A stretch of DNA of 63,727 bases, counting the filler, from Folioceros fuciformis (taxonomy: Eukaryota), in the NCBI GenBank assembly GCA_049999805.1. It is 7 parts of 7 records of this genome, joined end to end, with 100 filler letters (N's around TTAATTAATTAA, not from the genome) between each part and the next. Parts side by side here need not be neighbours in the genome. Positions count along the whole stretch, not along the records: positions 1 to 15,084 come from JBNGIO010005402.1; positions 15,185 to 21,733 come from JBNGIO010005410.1; 5 more parts are not named here. The stretch is one strand, 5' to 3'. The number at the start of each line of letters is the position of its first letter. The stretch's first letter is position 1. A program made the position numbers and the translations under genes. Below the pieces are notes generated by a model. The model made no database searches, was not told the origin of the DNA, and saw nothing but the letters and a program-made list of their open reading frames with translations. Below are positions 10,658-21,833 of the stretch, one piece after another.

Positions 10658-11945
10658 TCAACTGCCTATGTTCCACCTCACCGTCTTTTTCTTCTTACAC
10701 ACAAATTCCTCCAAACCAACAAATCGTTTTAGACTATTCGTGCCCTCATGCTCAGCAAAAGTTTCCAACACTTGTTTCCGTTGAGGTTGTTTGTATGCCT
10801 GTGCCACTAATTGTCTCACCTTTTGTTGAGTTTGCTCCATAATGCAGGCTATCCCAAAAGCTAAATCTGAATGCTCAAATGCAGTATCACATACTTCAGC
10901 ACATGTCGTTTTAATAAAATCCAACCGTTTTTCTTTTGCCATCTCCAATTCTGTCTTACATATTGGTGCCAGCAAGGGGTTACTAGGCAACACAATGTGT
11001 AGAGCTTCTTCATCCTGCATCCAAAAAGCCATACCCAAGTTGTTGGTATCACTACTTTCAACAACATATGCTCCATCTGTTCTTCCATTTTGCCTAGCTG
11101 CTGCTGCACCATCCTTGTATATGCCAAGGAGTTGTTGAACTTTCACCACATGCTTGCAGATGAAACCTTTGTTTCTCATTGGACATGAGCATGTAGCCCA
11201 AGGAGAGTAAACATGTTCAATAACATACCACAAGTTAAGGGTCGATGAAGACAAACAATGTGCAGCAACATTTTCGACATGCGGTAAAATAATTGAGCTA
11301 ATAGGAATAGTTTCTGCACCCTTCATAGCAGTTTGCTCTAAAGCCTCCAGCTTCTTGTTATGCCTATATCCCCTTCTTTCGTAAAGTGCTGGTACCAATA
11401 ATATCGGGCAACCACATTCACTGATTGGTGTAGTAACCAATCTAGTCTACCGCCAGGCAAACTTGACTTGCTAAATGCTGCACATTCTTTTATAAATCTA
11501 TGGAATCCTTCCACAGCTGAAGTTGTATGTTGCTCTGCATGAGGCAACATTCTAGCATTACACAACCACATATCTATAGTCTCTCCCCATTGGACGTTCA
11601 TATATCTCACAAAGTCTCCTTCACTTGTTCCCCACTTGTCATAAAAATTATGTAGCATACTTCTTCCTATGGAAAGACACTGTGAAGATGTGCTTGCCCT
11701 GTAACATACATAATATCCCCTAGCTCTGCCCATATTGAAATTCGATTACTTTGTGAGTGCACTTTCTTCAATAAATTCCGTCTCCACGCTTTCCGCACAT
11801 GCCACAAGCATAATAATACAAGCATATTATGATTCCACACTGAGCGAATAGTGGAAATCTCTGCCTGACAATCATCAACAAGGAATGAACTAAGTGTCCA
11901 ATCCTTGTTGATCTTTTCAACCTTCTTCCATAAAGCTGAAAGCCA
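10658..11945 (-). pseudogene. MULE transposase C-terminal part with SWIM zinc finger (second copy)
   Basis: LCLWHVRKAW (frameshifted), QWGETIDMW, TTSAVEGFH, GRLDWLLH and SWIM ATCSCPMRNKGFICKHV. Confidence 0.85.
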
Positions 11946-11960
11946 CCGAAGAATTCAAGA

Positions 11961-13332
11961 ATGGCATCCGAAACAGTGCACGTCGCTAACGTCCCGTACA
12001 ACGTGTCGGCCAGAGAGCTTGCCGACTTCTTTGAGTGCGAGGTAGGCACTGTTTGCTTTTGCAAACTCAAGGCCAAGAACTACACTTGGCGACATGACGG
12101 CTACGGTTTTGTGCAATTCCAAGAGAGGCACACGTGCGAGTGCGCCATTTCTAGGGCAAGTTGTAGCACTTTGATTCTCAACAACAGTCCTCTGAGGGTG
12201 AGATATGCTAGGCGGGATATCAAGCTCAAACCCAAGTATGTGCTCACGCGCCTCAATGCTGCCTACGTGTATGTGGGATGTCTCTTCAGCGCTGCAAGGC
12301 TGGGTGTCTTGTGGCCTTCCCCGAACGCAAAGCAGCCTGTATCCATTGAATTTGATTTTGAATGCGGTTTGCTGCGGCTCCTTATCACCATGGAAGGCGC
12401 TGCCACGCCTCCGGCAAGAACCAATCAGGAGTATAAGATGGAGTTCCCCTTCTGAGACTTGTCTAAAGTGGACCCTGTGCTCACCGGACCACACAACAAC
12501 AAGGCTCTGCTTATCCAGGTAAGCCACACCACTCGGTGACGTACGCGTTAATATTGGCTGTGTGCCTGCTCGCTCTCGCTCTCGGTCTCTTCTCCAACCC
12601 CTCCCCCTTAATTGCATTTTGCTTGCCTTGGAGACGTTGGGACAACTATTGTATTTCAGCTCCCCACCCCACCCCCGCCCCACGACCTCCCCCCAACCCC
12701 CGTGCCTTCGTCACGGCACCTACTTTGTGCTTGCCATGCCAGCAGTGATAGAGCCCTCCTCACTCACCTTTGCTTCAAGATACCTCCAATTTCAATCCTT
12801 GTGTTTTGGCAGCCCTGGTCTCCTCCCCGGATCTATAAGCGTCACCAGCATCCTGACGACATAGGTCTTCAAGTCTTTAATCTCCTGGCAATAAGGAGTG
12901 GAGGAAGCAATGGGTATAGTTACCACAGGGATGAACCTCAGCAACCCTAGGTGCGCTCTGTGGACTTCACTTCCAACTGTAGCATCGATCAGTCCTTCGC
13001 GTACTGTGCAGAACTACCATATGCCAGCACGGCCAACTACAACACTGTACTACACAAATTGGAGCGCTTTCACCTCTGTTCCTTGTCTGGACCTTCGGGA
13101 GCTCTGGCTCTGGAGCCAGCTTTTGCCTTTGCTAACCTTAACAGCGTCATTGTACCCATACTCACCTCCCCACATGCTACACAGCTTCCCTTCCGAATCC
13201 AGTTTCTTCTACACCACCTCCTGCACATGGGTACTGTAAGTGGGCCATGCCTTACTCCAACTTTTTTTGCTATGCTCTATCCCCAAGGATGCCAGCTGCC
13301 ACCAAGCACGCAGAGGTATGCTAGCCGTCAGA
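11961..13332 (+). pseudogene. RDR: RNA-dependent RNA polymerase (RDR1/RDR2-type) 5' fragment, pseudogene
   Basis: N-terminal RRM (VHVANVP, GYGFVQF), EYKMEF, ALLIQ, intron GT12519-AG12812, then PWSPPRIYKR, (W)VRSVDFT and LPFRIQFLLHHLLHMGTVSGP, all RDR-alpha N-terminal motifs. Nonsense codons lie at 12453 (TGA) and 12948 (TAG). An LTR truncates it at 13333. Confidence 0.85.
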
Positions 13333-15084
13333 TGAGACAAATAGTAGGGAATCGCATCAGATTAGAATGGATTGTACATCAGCGCTCTGCCAGCAGTCTC
13401 TTGTGTATGCAGCCTCTCAAACACGTCCTTGGTGCCTGCTGACCTCGTGGTGGTTAGGTCGGCAGATAGGTAACGACTTAACGCTTCAAATTTCGTATCG
13501 TTTATACTTAACTAACTATGCTACTCTATCGTGCTACTCTGCAACTCTCCCACACAGCACATTAGAGTAGCGCCCGTTGAAAATTCTTCGTCGCTGTATT
13601 GCCGCAGTAGCTTGAGTCTTCGAATTGCTGCCAGCGCTGCACCACTGCAGCTTCTGAATCTTCGATGCCAACAGGCTCCCACAATGTGATGGCCCCATGA
13701 ATGTTGAGGCCGTGACAGCCTTCTGCCCCAACTAAGCTCTCACAGCCCATCTTCAAATTCTGGCTGATACTCAAGTGGACTAAAGGGCCTATTTTGGCTG
13801 GTGTAATAGGTAGAAGTGACAGAAACTTCATATGCTTGTTGTGGAGCTCACGCGCTAGTGGTTTTGTCAGGACGTCAGCTAGATTGTCAGCAGTTGCTAT
13901 GTAGGAAACCACTACATCTCCAGCATCGATAGCTTCCCTAATAAAATGGTACTGTACACCAATGTGCCTCGTTCTTGCATGAAACACAAGGTTTCGTGCA
14001 AGAGCAACCGCTCCTTGGTTATCACAGTACAACATGGTAGGTTCCCTTTGTTCATGCCGAAGCTTAGCTAACAATCTCCTGGACCACATGGCAGCCTTGG
14101 CGCCCTCTGTCAACACCTTGTCTCAGCTTTAGTTGTTGAGAGTGCTACACTGGGTTGTTTACGTGACTGCCAGTCCACAGGTCCTCTAGCAAGAGTGGCC
14201 ACAAAAGCAGTAATTAATCTTCTGGTATCTACATCAGCAACATAATTTGAGTCACAGAAAATCTGCATTGTAAGTATGCCTCCAACCTCTCCTACATACG
14301 TGATTCCAACTGTCAATGTTCCAGCAAAGTATCGTAGGACACGTTTTGCTGCCACCCAGTGTAAATTGCCGGGATTTTCCAAAAACTGGGAACAGTTTCC
14401 TGATGCTACTAACATTTCACGTCTAGTAGTATTTCCAGAATATAAGATTTTTCCCATGATTGCTCTGTAGGGTACTCCCCTCATGGCTTCCTTCTCAGCA
14501 TCGGTGACTGGACACATAGCTTTTGTCAGCCTCTGACGTGCAACCATCGGGGTACTACAGGGCTTGCAGTCGGTCATGTTAAACTGCGCCAAACACTCCC
14601 TAAGGTATCTCTCCTGGCTCAGTGTGAGAGTCCTTGTAGTCCTGTCCCTTTGTATATGAATTCCCACGCACTACTTAGCTTCACCCAGGTGAGTCATCTT
14701 AAACTCGGCCATCAATAAATCCCTCATCGTTATTAGCAGGTGGAGGGAATTCGAAGCCAACAACATATCATCCACATACAAAACTAGGAATAGGTATGTC
14801 TTTCCTCTGTTCAAGATGTACAAGCTCACATCTGCCTCGCTTTGCTTAAATCCAAGCTTGATTAAAAGGCATGGATTCGTTGATTCCATGCCCGTGGTGC
14901 TTGCTTCAAACCATATATGGTCTTGTGCAGGCGACACACTTTATGTTTAGCTCTAGCCTTTTCAAAGCCAGGCGGTTGTGACATGTATACTTCTTCTTCC
15001 AGCACGCCATGTAAGAAAGCTATTTTAACATCAAGCTGATGAATCTCCAGGTCTTCGTGAGCAGCAATGGCCATGACAGTGCGG
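13333..15084 (-). mobile_element. Ty1/Copia 3' half: RT, RNase H, PPT and 3' LTR (13333-13744)
   Basis: HQLDVKIAFLHG, IYGLKQAPRAW, LYVDDML, SRKQPSVALST, CDNQGA, ADVLTKPL. The LTR is bounded by TG..CA and preceded by TTTGAAGATGGGC on the minus strand. Confidence 0.93.
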
Positions 15085-15184
15085 NNNNNNNNNNNNNNNN
15101 NNNNNNNNNNNNNNNNNNNNNNNNNNNNTTAATTAATTAANNNNNNNNNNNNNNNNNNNNNNNNNNNNNNNNNNNNNNNNNNNN
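15085..15184. other. Artificial contig linker N44-TTAATTAATTAA-N44 (also 21734-21833, 28802-28901, 36648-36747, 40571-40670, 48305-48404)
   Basis: The same 12-mer, with stops in all six frames, is centred in 100-nt spacers. Plain N100 gaps start at 9726, 23702, 32156, 38978 and 45920. Confidence 0.98.
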
Positions 15185-16564
15185 TTCTAGGGGAGAAAGT
15201 TGGCAATTTCTCTGCTCCACATTGAGTGGTGTCGGGGACGAATTGGTGGGGATTCCCACCGAGTGGAAGGGGCACGATCCTTCCCTTATTCCCTGGAGTG
15301 ACTGAACTGTGGTTGGCGGTTGAAGTGAAGGGAACAAATCTGCCCAGGAGCGGAGTGGAAGAAGGGGTGCCCGCTTCCCTTATTCCCTAACTCTTCAATT
15401 GCATTTGAATCCAGTATTAAGAAGTGTGTGAATGTGGAGACTGACTATGTGTTGTGGAGAAGGAGAGGGGGACAAATCCGCCCACTGCGCGAAGTGGAGG
15501 GAGATTCTCTCTTTCCCTTATTCCTCGACTATTGTCTGCACCTTGGTCTTAGTAGTGGAGTGTGTGAGTGAAGGGTGAACGTAAGCAAGGAGGGGAAGGA
15601 GAGAGTGAGTGCCAAGAAGGAGTGAGTAGAGATTGGCTGGGGTCCGTAGCTGAGGAGAGGGGAACGAATCCGCCACTGCGTGGAGTGGAGGGCAAGCTTC
15701 TTCCACCCTTATTCCCTGAACCGCTGGTTGTGGACGAGTGAGCTGAGGGTCTGAGAGCTTGAGACAGATTGTTGAAGTATGGCTGTAGTTGCTGGAGAGT
15801 TCCTGAGGAATCCTTGGACATTGTGGAAAGTGGTTGAAGATTGTGGAAGCTCGTAAGGAGTTGTGAAGGTTTGTCGAGAAGTTGTTGGAGATTTGTGGCG
15901 TGGCAGGAGGATTGGAGGCATCTGGGAATAGGCCTGTGAGGAATAACTGAACACTGGAGTGTTGGCGAGTGTTGGCTGTATTGGGAGAGGCACGTGGGTA
16001 TGAGCGTGAAGAGTGGATGTTACGCAGAATCTGCTTGTCTAAGTGTGGTATTTGCGGGTGTGGAAGGCGNNNNNNNNNNCGCAGAATCTGCTTGTCTAAG
16101 TGTGGTATTTGCGGGTGTGGAAGGCGTTTAATAAACCCCAAACCGTGAGTCTGGGGCACTGGGTAGAAACCCGTGGGTGGAAACCCGTGGCGGCACCTAC
16201 GCCGGCACATATTAGTTAGGGTTTTGGGTGGGACCCACCACGGTCATGGAACCCACCCAAGTCGTGGAGTTCCCTACCCATCGTAGGGATTACTAGGGGT
16301 AGATCATGACCGTAGACGTTGAGCAGGTACCACAGTCATAAAGTTGGGTCCGTGGTAGCTAGACTAACTAGGCAGTAGTGGAAGGGTGCAGGCGGTAGGG
16401 GAACTGACAGTAGGTAGAGCCTATCCTAGGCAAGGGTTAGTAGTAGAAGAAACCTGTGTTACTTGGCACAAATCATTCCCTTGGGATCGAATCCCATGGC
16501 TACAACGACATAGAGGGTTTGTGTGGACCTCACGGTGCCCCCGAGCACAATATTTTCTTCCACA

Positions 16565-16910
16565 AGTGGAAAAGGTCTAGAAGCTCGCGGACCGTTACAA
16601 ACGAGAACAGGATGAGGCCCGGAGCCGAGTAAAAGGGAAAGGGAAGGTCAAACGGAGCAGCAGGTTCAGGATCGAGGTAGCATAAGCCGCTACCGGTCAG
16701 AGGGAGACCATGCCGGTAGAGGAAAGCCCCACCAAGGTTGAGGAAGTAGCAACAGTCGCGGAACCCGCAACCGGGGGAGTTGGAATGACAACCCGCACCA
16801 GGAGGACGGGGTTGGGGACAGGGGCCGCCAGAGGAACAAAGGAACCCCCCATACCCTTAGAGAGTAGAAGACAGACACTTCGGGGTAGCCCACGGGAGGA
16901 GGGGGTAAGC
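16565..16910 (+). pseudogene. Fragment of a repeated coiled-coil/low-complexity ORF, homologous to 42461-42950 (-)
   Basis: KGKGKVKRSSR..ATGQRETMPVEESPTKVEE..VGMTTRTRR versus NGKGKAKRSSR..ATGQRETMLVEDSPAKVKE..VGMATRTRR. Confidence 0.7.
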
Positions 16911-16994
16911 CCAGGAGGTAGGTTGTATGGATGTAGAATATTCCTTACCCTAAACCCTAAACCCTATTTACTTTTTCGAGTATCAGTGTTAGAG

Positions 16995-17440
16995 GCCCAA
17001 TCTGCATCTACATAACAAGTGAGGTTAAGATGTTTCTTCCTACTGGGTTTATAGCAAACCATAATTGGATGTGCCCTTGAGGTACCTCATGATACGCTTG
17101 AGAGCTACCGAACGATCCTTTCCTAGGTTTTTAGAGAACTGAGCAACTGCATTTACAGTGTTGGAGATATTAGTCCTTGTCTGATTACTCAAAAACATAA
17201 GAGTTCCAACAGCCATACGGTAAGGAATATTTTCCATCTCTTTCTTGTTCACTTCATATTGTGGACATGAGGCAAATGAGAGCTTGACGCCAAAGGCACA
17301 TGGAGTGGTTGACGCCCTTGCACTCTCCATGTTGAAGCGTTTGAGCATACCACCTACGTATCTACCCTGATGAAGGTAAATAGCACCTGTACTATGTCTA
17401 TGTACATGCATGCCAAGGATATACTTAGCCTTTCCCAATC
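16995..17440 (-). mobile_element. Ty1/Copia RT-RNase H junction fragment
   Basis: GKAKYILGM, LHQGRYV, IPYRMAVGTLMF, LKRIMRYLKGT. Confidence 0.9.
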
Positions 17441-17616
17441 CTCTCTAACCCTGTAGGACGAGGATCTGTGAGGATTTGTCCAGATTGTGGTGGATTTGCT
17501 TATGCCCAGGTGCACGGGCAAATCGGCAAGCCAGGAGCTCAATCTTGTTTGATTACTGTGCAATAGGAAGGCATTTTCCAGGGCGCACCGTCGCCAGACC
17601 ACCGTCGCGAGCGGGT

Positions 17617-20600
17617 TGTAGGGTTATTAAAGCCTAATGTGCTTAGACTAATGTGTTTAGCCTAAGATTAGTGTCTAGTTAAGTATCATTTGTTTAGATT
17701 AGCTTAAGCTAATCTATAAGAAGCTTCTTGCGCAGCTTCTTGTGCGCTTCTTGTGAAGCTTCCTTGGAAGCTCTTCAAGAGGGTATAAATACCCTCTTGA
17801 GCTCCCTTGCAATTGAAAGACAAAGTGTGAGACCTCTCTGTCTCCTCTCCTCCTTGCTTCCTTCTCTCCTCCTTCACCATGTGGCTCCCTTAACGATCCT
17901 TCAACTGGTATCAGAGCTTGGATGATGGAGCAAGATGGTGATGTCTGTAGGTGTTGCGGACAAGGTGCGCAAGGCCGTGAGGAAGGCATCGGAGTGAGCA
18001 GGGGCCATGTGCGGCAACCCTCTGCCCGAGGTGCAGAAGTCTCCAGCCCCGCCGTGCTCAAGCTCGGGCCGCGGCAGCGCGGGGTGCCTCCGCAAGATGG
18101 GGCGCCAAGGGCGTGGGGTGTCGGGGGCGCCAGGGCACCAGGTCCTTCTGACTGCCAGCCCGCGGGGCATGCCAGCTGCGCCAGGCAAGGGTGCGGGCTC
18201 CCAACCACCAGGTGGTGTGGCCGGATCTAGAGCCGCGGGCGGCCAGATCTTGATTGGAGGACGAGACACTCTACTTGTGAGCGACTGAATTCCGGCTGCA
18301 GATGGTCGGATTAGTCTCCCAACGCTAGGCGAGCCAAAATCAGACTTGGGCCCGTCGTTTTGGCCTGAGTTGTGGACAGACTCACGTGATGGTTTAAGGT
18401 CTACAAGTAGTGTCAACCAATGCGGAACAAGGCGTGAGGGTAACTTTCAGAATCTACATTACATTCGATTGTTTCTAACTAAGCTTTATTTAATTTGCAT
18501 CGATTTTGAATGATGACGTCCTCAGAAAACATTATTTTCAATATCTACAAGTTAGATGGTACTAACTTCCCGTTCTGGAAAGAATAAGTGTTAATGCTCT
18601 AGTACAGAAAAAGCAGATCAAGCCCGTAAAGTTGCTAAGTGTGAAACTTGTTAGCATGACTCAGGATGAGTGGCATGATCTAGATGAGCTTGCTAGATCT
18701 ACCATCATGCTAACATTGTCGAAGTCAGTCTACTTCAATGTGAAAGACAAGTCCACAAGTTATGAGCTATGGCAGAAGTTGTGTGACCTGTATGAGAAGC
18801 AAAGTGCGGCTTCTCAGGTGTACTGGTTGAAACAGCTGGTGGACTTGAAGATGAAGGAAGGGACGAGGATGTCCGATCATTTGAATGAGTTCAATATCAT
18901 TTTCAACCAGCTCTCATCTTAAAGGTAGCTCGTTCCCAGATTCCGAGAGAGCTATGTTTCCGTTGGTCACATTCCCATAGAGTTGGGACACCTTTTGTAC
19001 AGCTCTGAGTAATTTCGCTGCTGCCAGTGGTCTCACCATTGTAAATGTAGAAGGTAGCCTGTTAACTGAAGAGGTGAACAAAAAGAATATGGAACCTTTA
19101 AGAGTTCTAATGCCCTCATGGTGAGAGGAAGGTCCACTTCAAAGGGAAAGTACAAGGAGCGAAGTCTTTCCCGTGGCAAATCTCGTAGTCGTAACAATGT
19201 TGAGTGTTACCATTGTCACAAAAAGGGTCACATCAGAAGGGATTGCGAGAAGTTCAAGAAGGACAAAGAAAAGGAGAAGAAGCAGAACGACACCAAGGCA
19301 AGTCCAAGTATTAAGCTTGACGAGGTGAATTCTGTTGACGATGGAGATGTTCTTATCTTTTCTTCCTTCGATTCTGCACAAATGACAGGCATGGATAATC
19401 ACTTATTCTCTAATTAGATAATTGACTCTGGAGCATCTTTCCATGTTACTCTGCATAGGGAGTGGTTTAGCACCTATGATGCTATTAGGAAAGGATGTGT
19501 TCGGCTTGGAAATAACTACGCATGTGAGATTGCAAGCGTTGGTGATGTGCAGCTGAAGTTTGACAACGGATCTTCATTCATATTGAAGGATGTCAGGCAT
19601 GTTCCGAAGTTGACAAAACGCATTATTAGCGCAGGGCAGTTGGATGACGCTAGTTACCACTGTTGGTTTGGGGATAATTCTTGGAAGATCTCCAAAGGTT
19701 CTCTTATGTTAGCTCGTGGATCGAAGTGTGGCACTTTGTAGTCACTTCAGGTAACCACTGTCAAGCATCATGTGATTTGTGTAACGGAACAGCCAAATGT
19801 TTCCTTGTGGCATTGCCGGTTAGGACATATGTCTCAAAAAGGAATAAAGATCTTATCTCGTTTTGGTTACGTCCCTGCTTTTGACTTCTCCGATTTCTCC
19901 ATGTGTGAGCACTGTTTGTATGGGAAACAGACAAAATCACCACATGCAGCAAGAGATAAGCACAAAAGCAAACCTCTTGAATTGGTTCACAGTGACGTTT
20001 GTGGACCCATGCCCACTGTATCATTAGGCGGTGCATCCTATTTTGTCACTTTCATACATGATTTCTCACGCAAGGTGTGGGTTCATCCTTTGAGGAAAAA
20101 GGATGATGTTCTGACAGTGTTTCAGAAATTTGTCACCCTTGTGGAGAATCAGTCCTCCCTTTGACTTAAGTGTTTGAGGACATACAATGATGGAGAGTAC
20201 GTTTTGAAGGCTTTCTAGTCATTATATGATTCCAAGGGAATCTAGAGAGAATTGATTGCCCCGTATACTCCTCCCCAGAATGGTGTGGCTGAACGGATGA
20301 ACAAGACCATCCAGGAGAGGATGCATAGTTTGATGTCAAACTATGGATTGCCTAACGGATTTTGTGCAAAAGCAGTGTCTACTACGGTGCATCTTATTAA
20401 CTGATCTCCTAATAAGGCTGTGGATGTGTAGGTTCCAAAGGAGATGTGGTCTGGAAAGAAGCCGTCATACAAGCATCTACGAGTGTTTGGCTGCGAGGCA
20501 TACTGCCATGTTCCAAAGGAGTTCGGGACAAGTTGGCACCCAAGTCTAGAAAATGTAGGATTTCACGTCCTCCTGATAAGTATGTTGCATCTCTTGATTA

Positions 20601-21130
20601 TGTCATGCTGACGGATTGTGGGGAGCCCTCTTGTTACCAAGAGGCCATGTTAGTAATTGACAAGGACAAGTGGGAGAAGGTGATGCAATTGCAGATGGAT
20701 TTGCTCCATAAGAACCAAACTTGGGAGTTAGTTCAATTGCCTAGGGGTAAGAAGGCATTGCTATGCAAATGGGTGTATAAGATGAAGGACATACCCCATT
20801 ATGGCAAACCCAAGTATCAGGCACGATTGGTTGCTAAGGGTTTTAAGCAATTGTTAGTATTAGTATTTACTTTGATGAGATTTTCTCACCAGTTGTCAAA
20901 ATGACCACTTTGCGATGTGTTCTTGTTTTGGTTGCGAGGAATGACATGGAACTTGTCCAGATGGATGTGAAGTCAGCATTTCTGCATGGTGATCTTCAGG
21001 AAGAGATATACATGCAGCAACTAGAGGGTTTCATTGAGAAGGGCAAAGAGAATCTGGTGTGCAAGTTAAGGAAGAGCTTTTATGGTTTGAAGCAGGCACT
21101 CAGAGAGTGGTATTACAAGCACCACTCATT
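17617..21130 (+). mobile_element. Degenerate Ty1/Copia (Tnt1/Tork-like): 5' LTR family C, PBS, gag, PR, IN, partial RT
   Basis: LTR TGTAG..TTCA at 17617-17903; PBS TGGTATCAGAGC at 17906. Gag, zinc knuckle CYHCHKKGHIRRDC, DSGAS, LWHCRLGH, LVHSDVCGP, QNGVAE, QMDVKSAFLHG. Many stops and an internal deletion near 20555. Confidence 0.95.
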
Positions 21131-21139
21131 TATGTTTGT

Positions 21140-21690
21140 TTGCATACACATGGACTTGTACTCAGCCTCTGTTGAGCTTAAAGCTATCGTAGGCTGTTTT
21201 TTGCTGCTCCAATTCACAGCGGCTGAGGCAAGGAGAAAACAGTATGTTGAAAGGCTCCGCCTTGAGTCCGAATTTGAACCACAGTCCGCATCTGTGAAGC
21301 CAATAAGGGTAAGCTTGGATTCACCACTACGTCTATAGATGAGTCCATATTTGACTGTGCCCTTCAGGTAGCGAAACACCCTCTTTACAACTGTCCAATG
21401 AGCTCTCCCGGGGTTCTCGAGGTATTGGGAAGCTGTACATACCGCATACTGGATATCAGGTCTTGTCCAGTTTGCTACGAACAGAAGACTGCCAACAGCG
21501 TGCCTGTAAGGTATGTCTTGCATGTCTTTGATTTCTTCTTCTGTCTGGGGGCATTGTGAACGTGTAAGTTTTGTTCCTATGGCATAAGGGGTGGTTGCAG
21601 GTCTGGCCTGATCGAGGTTGAACTTCCTCAAGATTTCATTAACGTACTTGTACTGGTGAATGATCATCAGGCCCTTATTGCTATAAATCG
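21140..21690 (-). mobile_element. Ty1/Copia RT-RNase H fragment abutting the previous element tail to tail
   Basis: PYRHAVGSLL, TRPDI, KRVFRYLKGT, GFTDAD, WSSKKQPTIALSSTEAEY. Confidence 0.93.
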
Positions 21691-21833
21691 CGGAAGCGAG
21701 TTTTTGTATAATAAACATTGATTAAACAAATGANNNNNNNNNNNNNNNNNNNNNNNNNNNNNNNNNNNNNNNNNNNNTTAATTAATTAANNNNNNNNNNN
21801 NNNNNNNNNNNNNNNNNNNNNNNNNNNNNNNNN

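Noticed and set aside
15129-15140. TTAATTAATTAA as a biological motif
   Set aside because: Always centred in N spacers; an artificial six-frame stop linker.
16023-16126. 47-bp direct repeat
   Set aside because: Flanks an N10 gap; an unmerged contig overlap.
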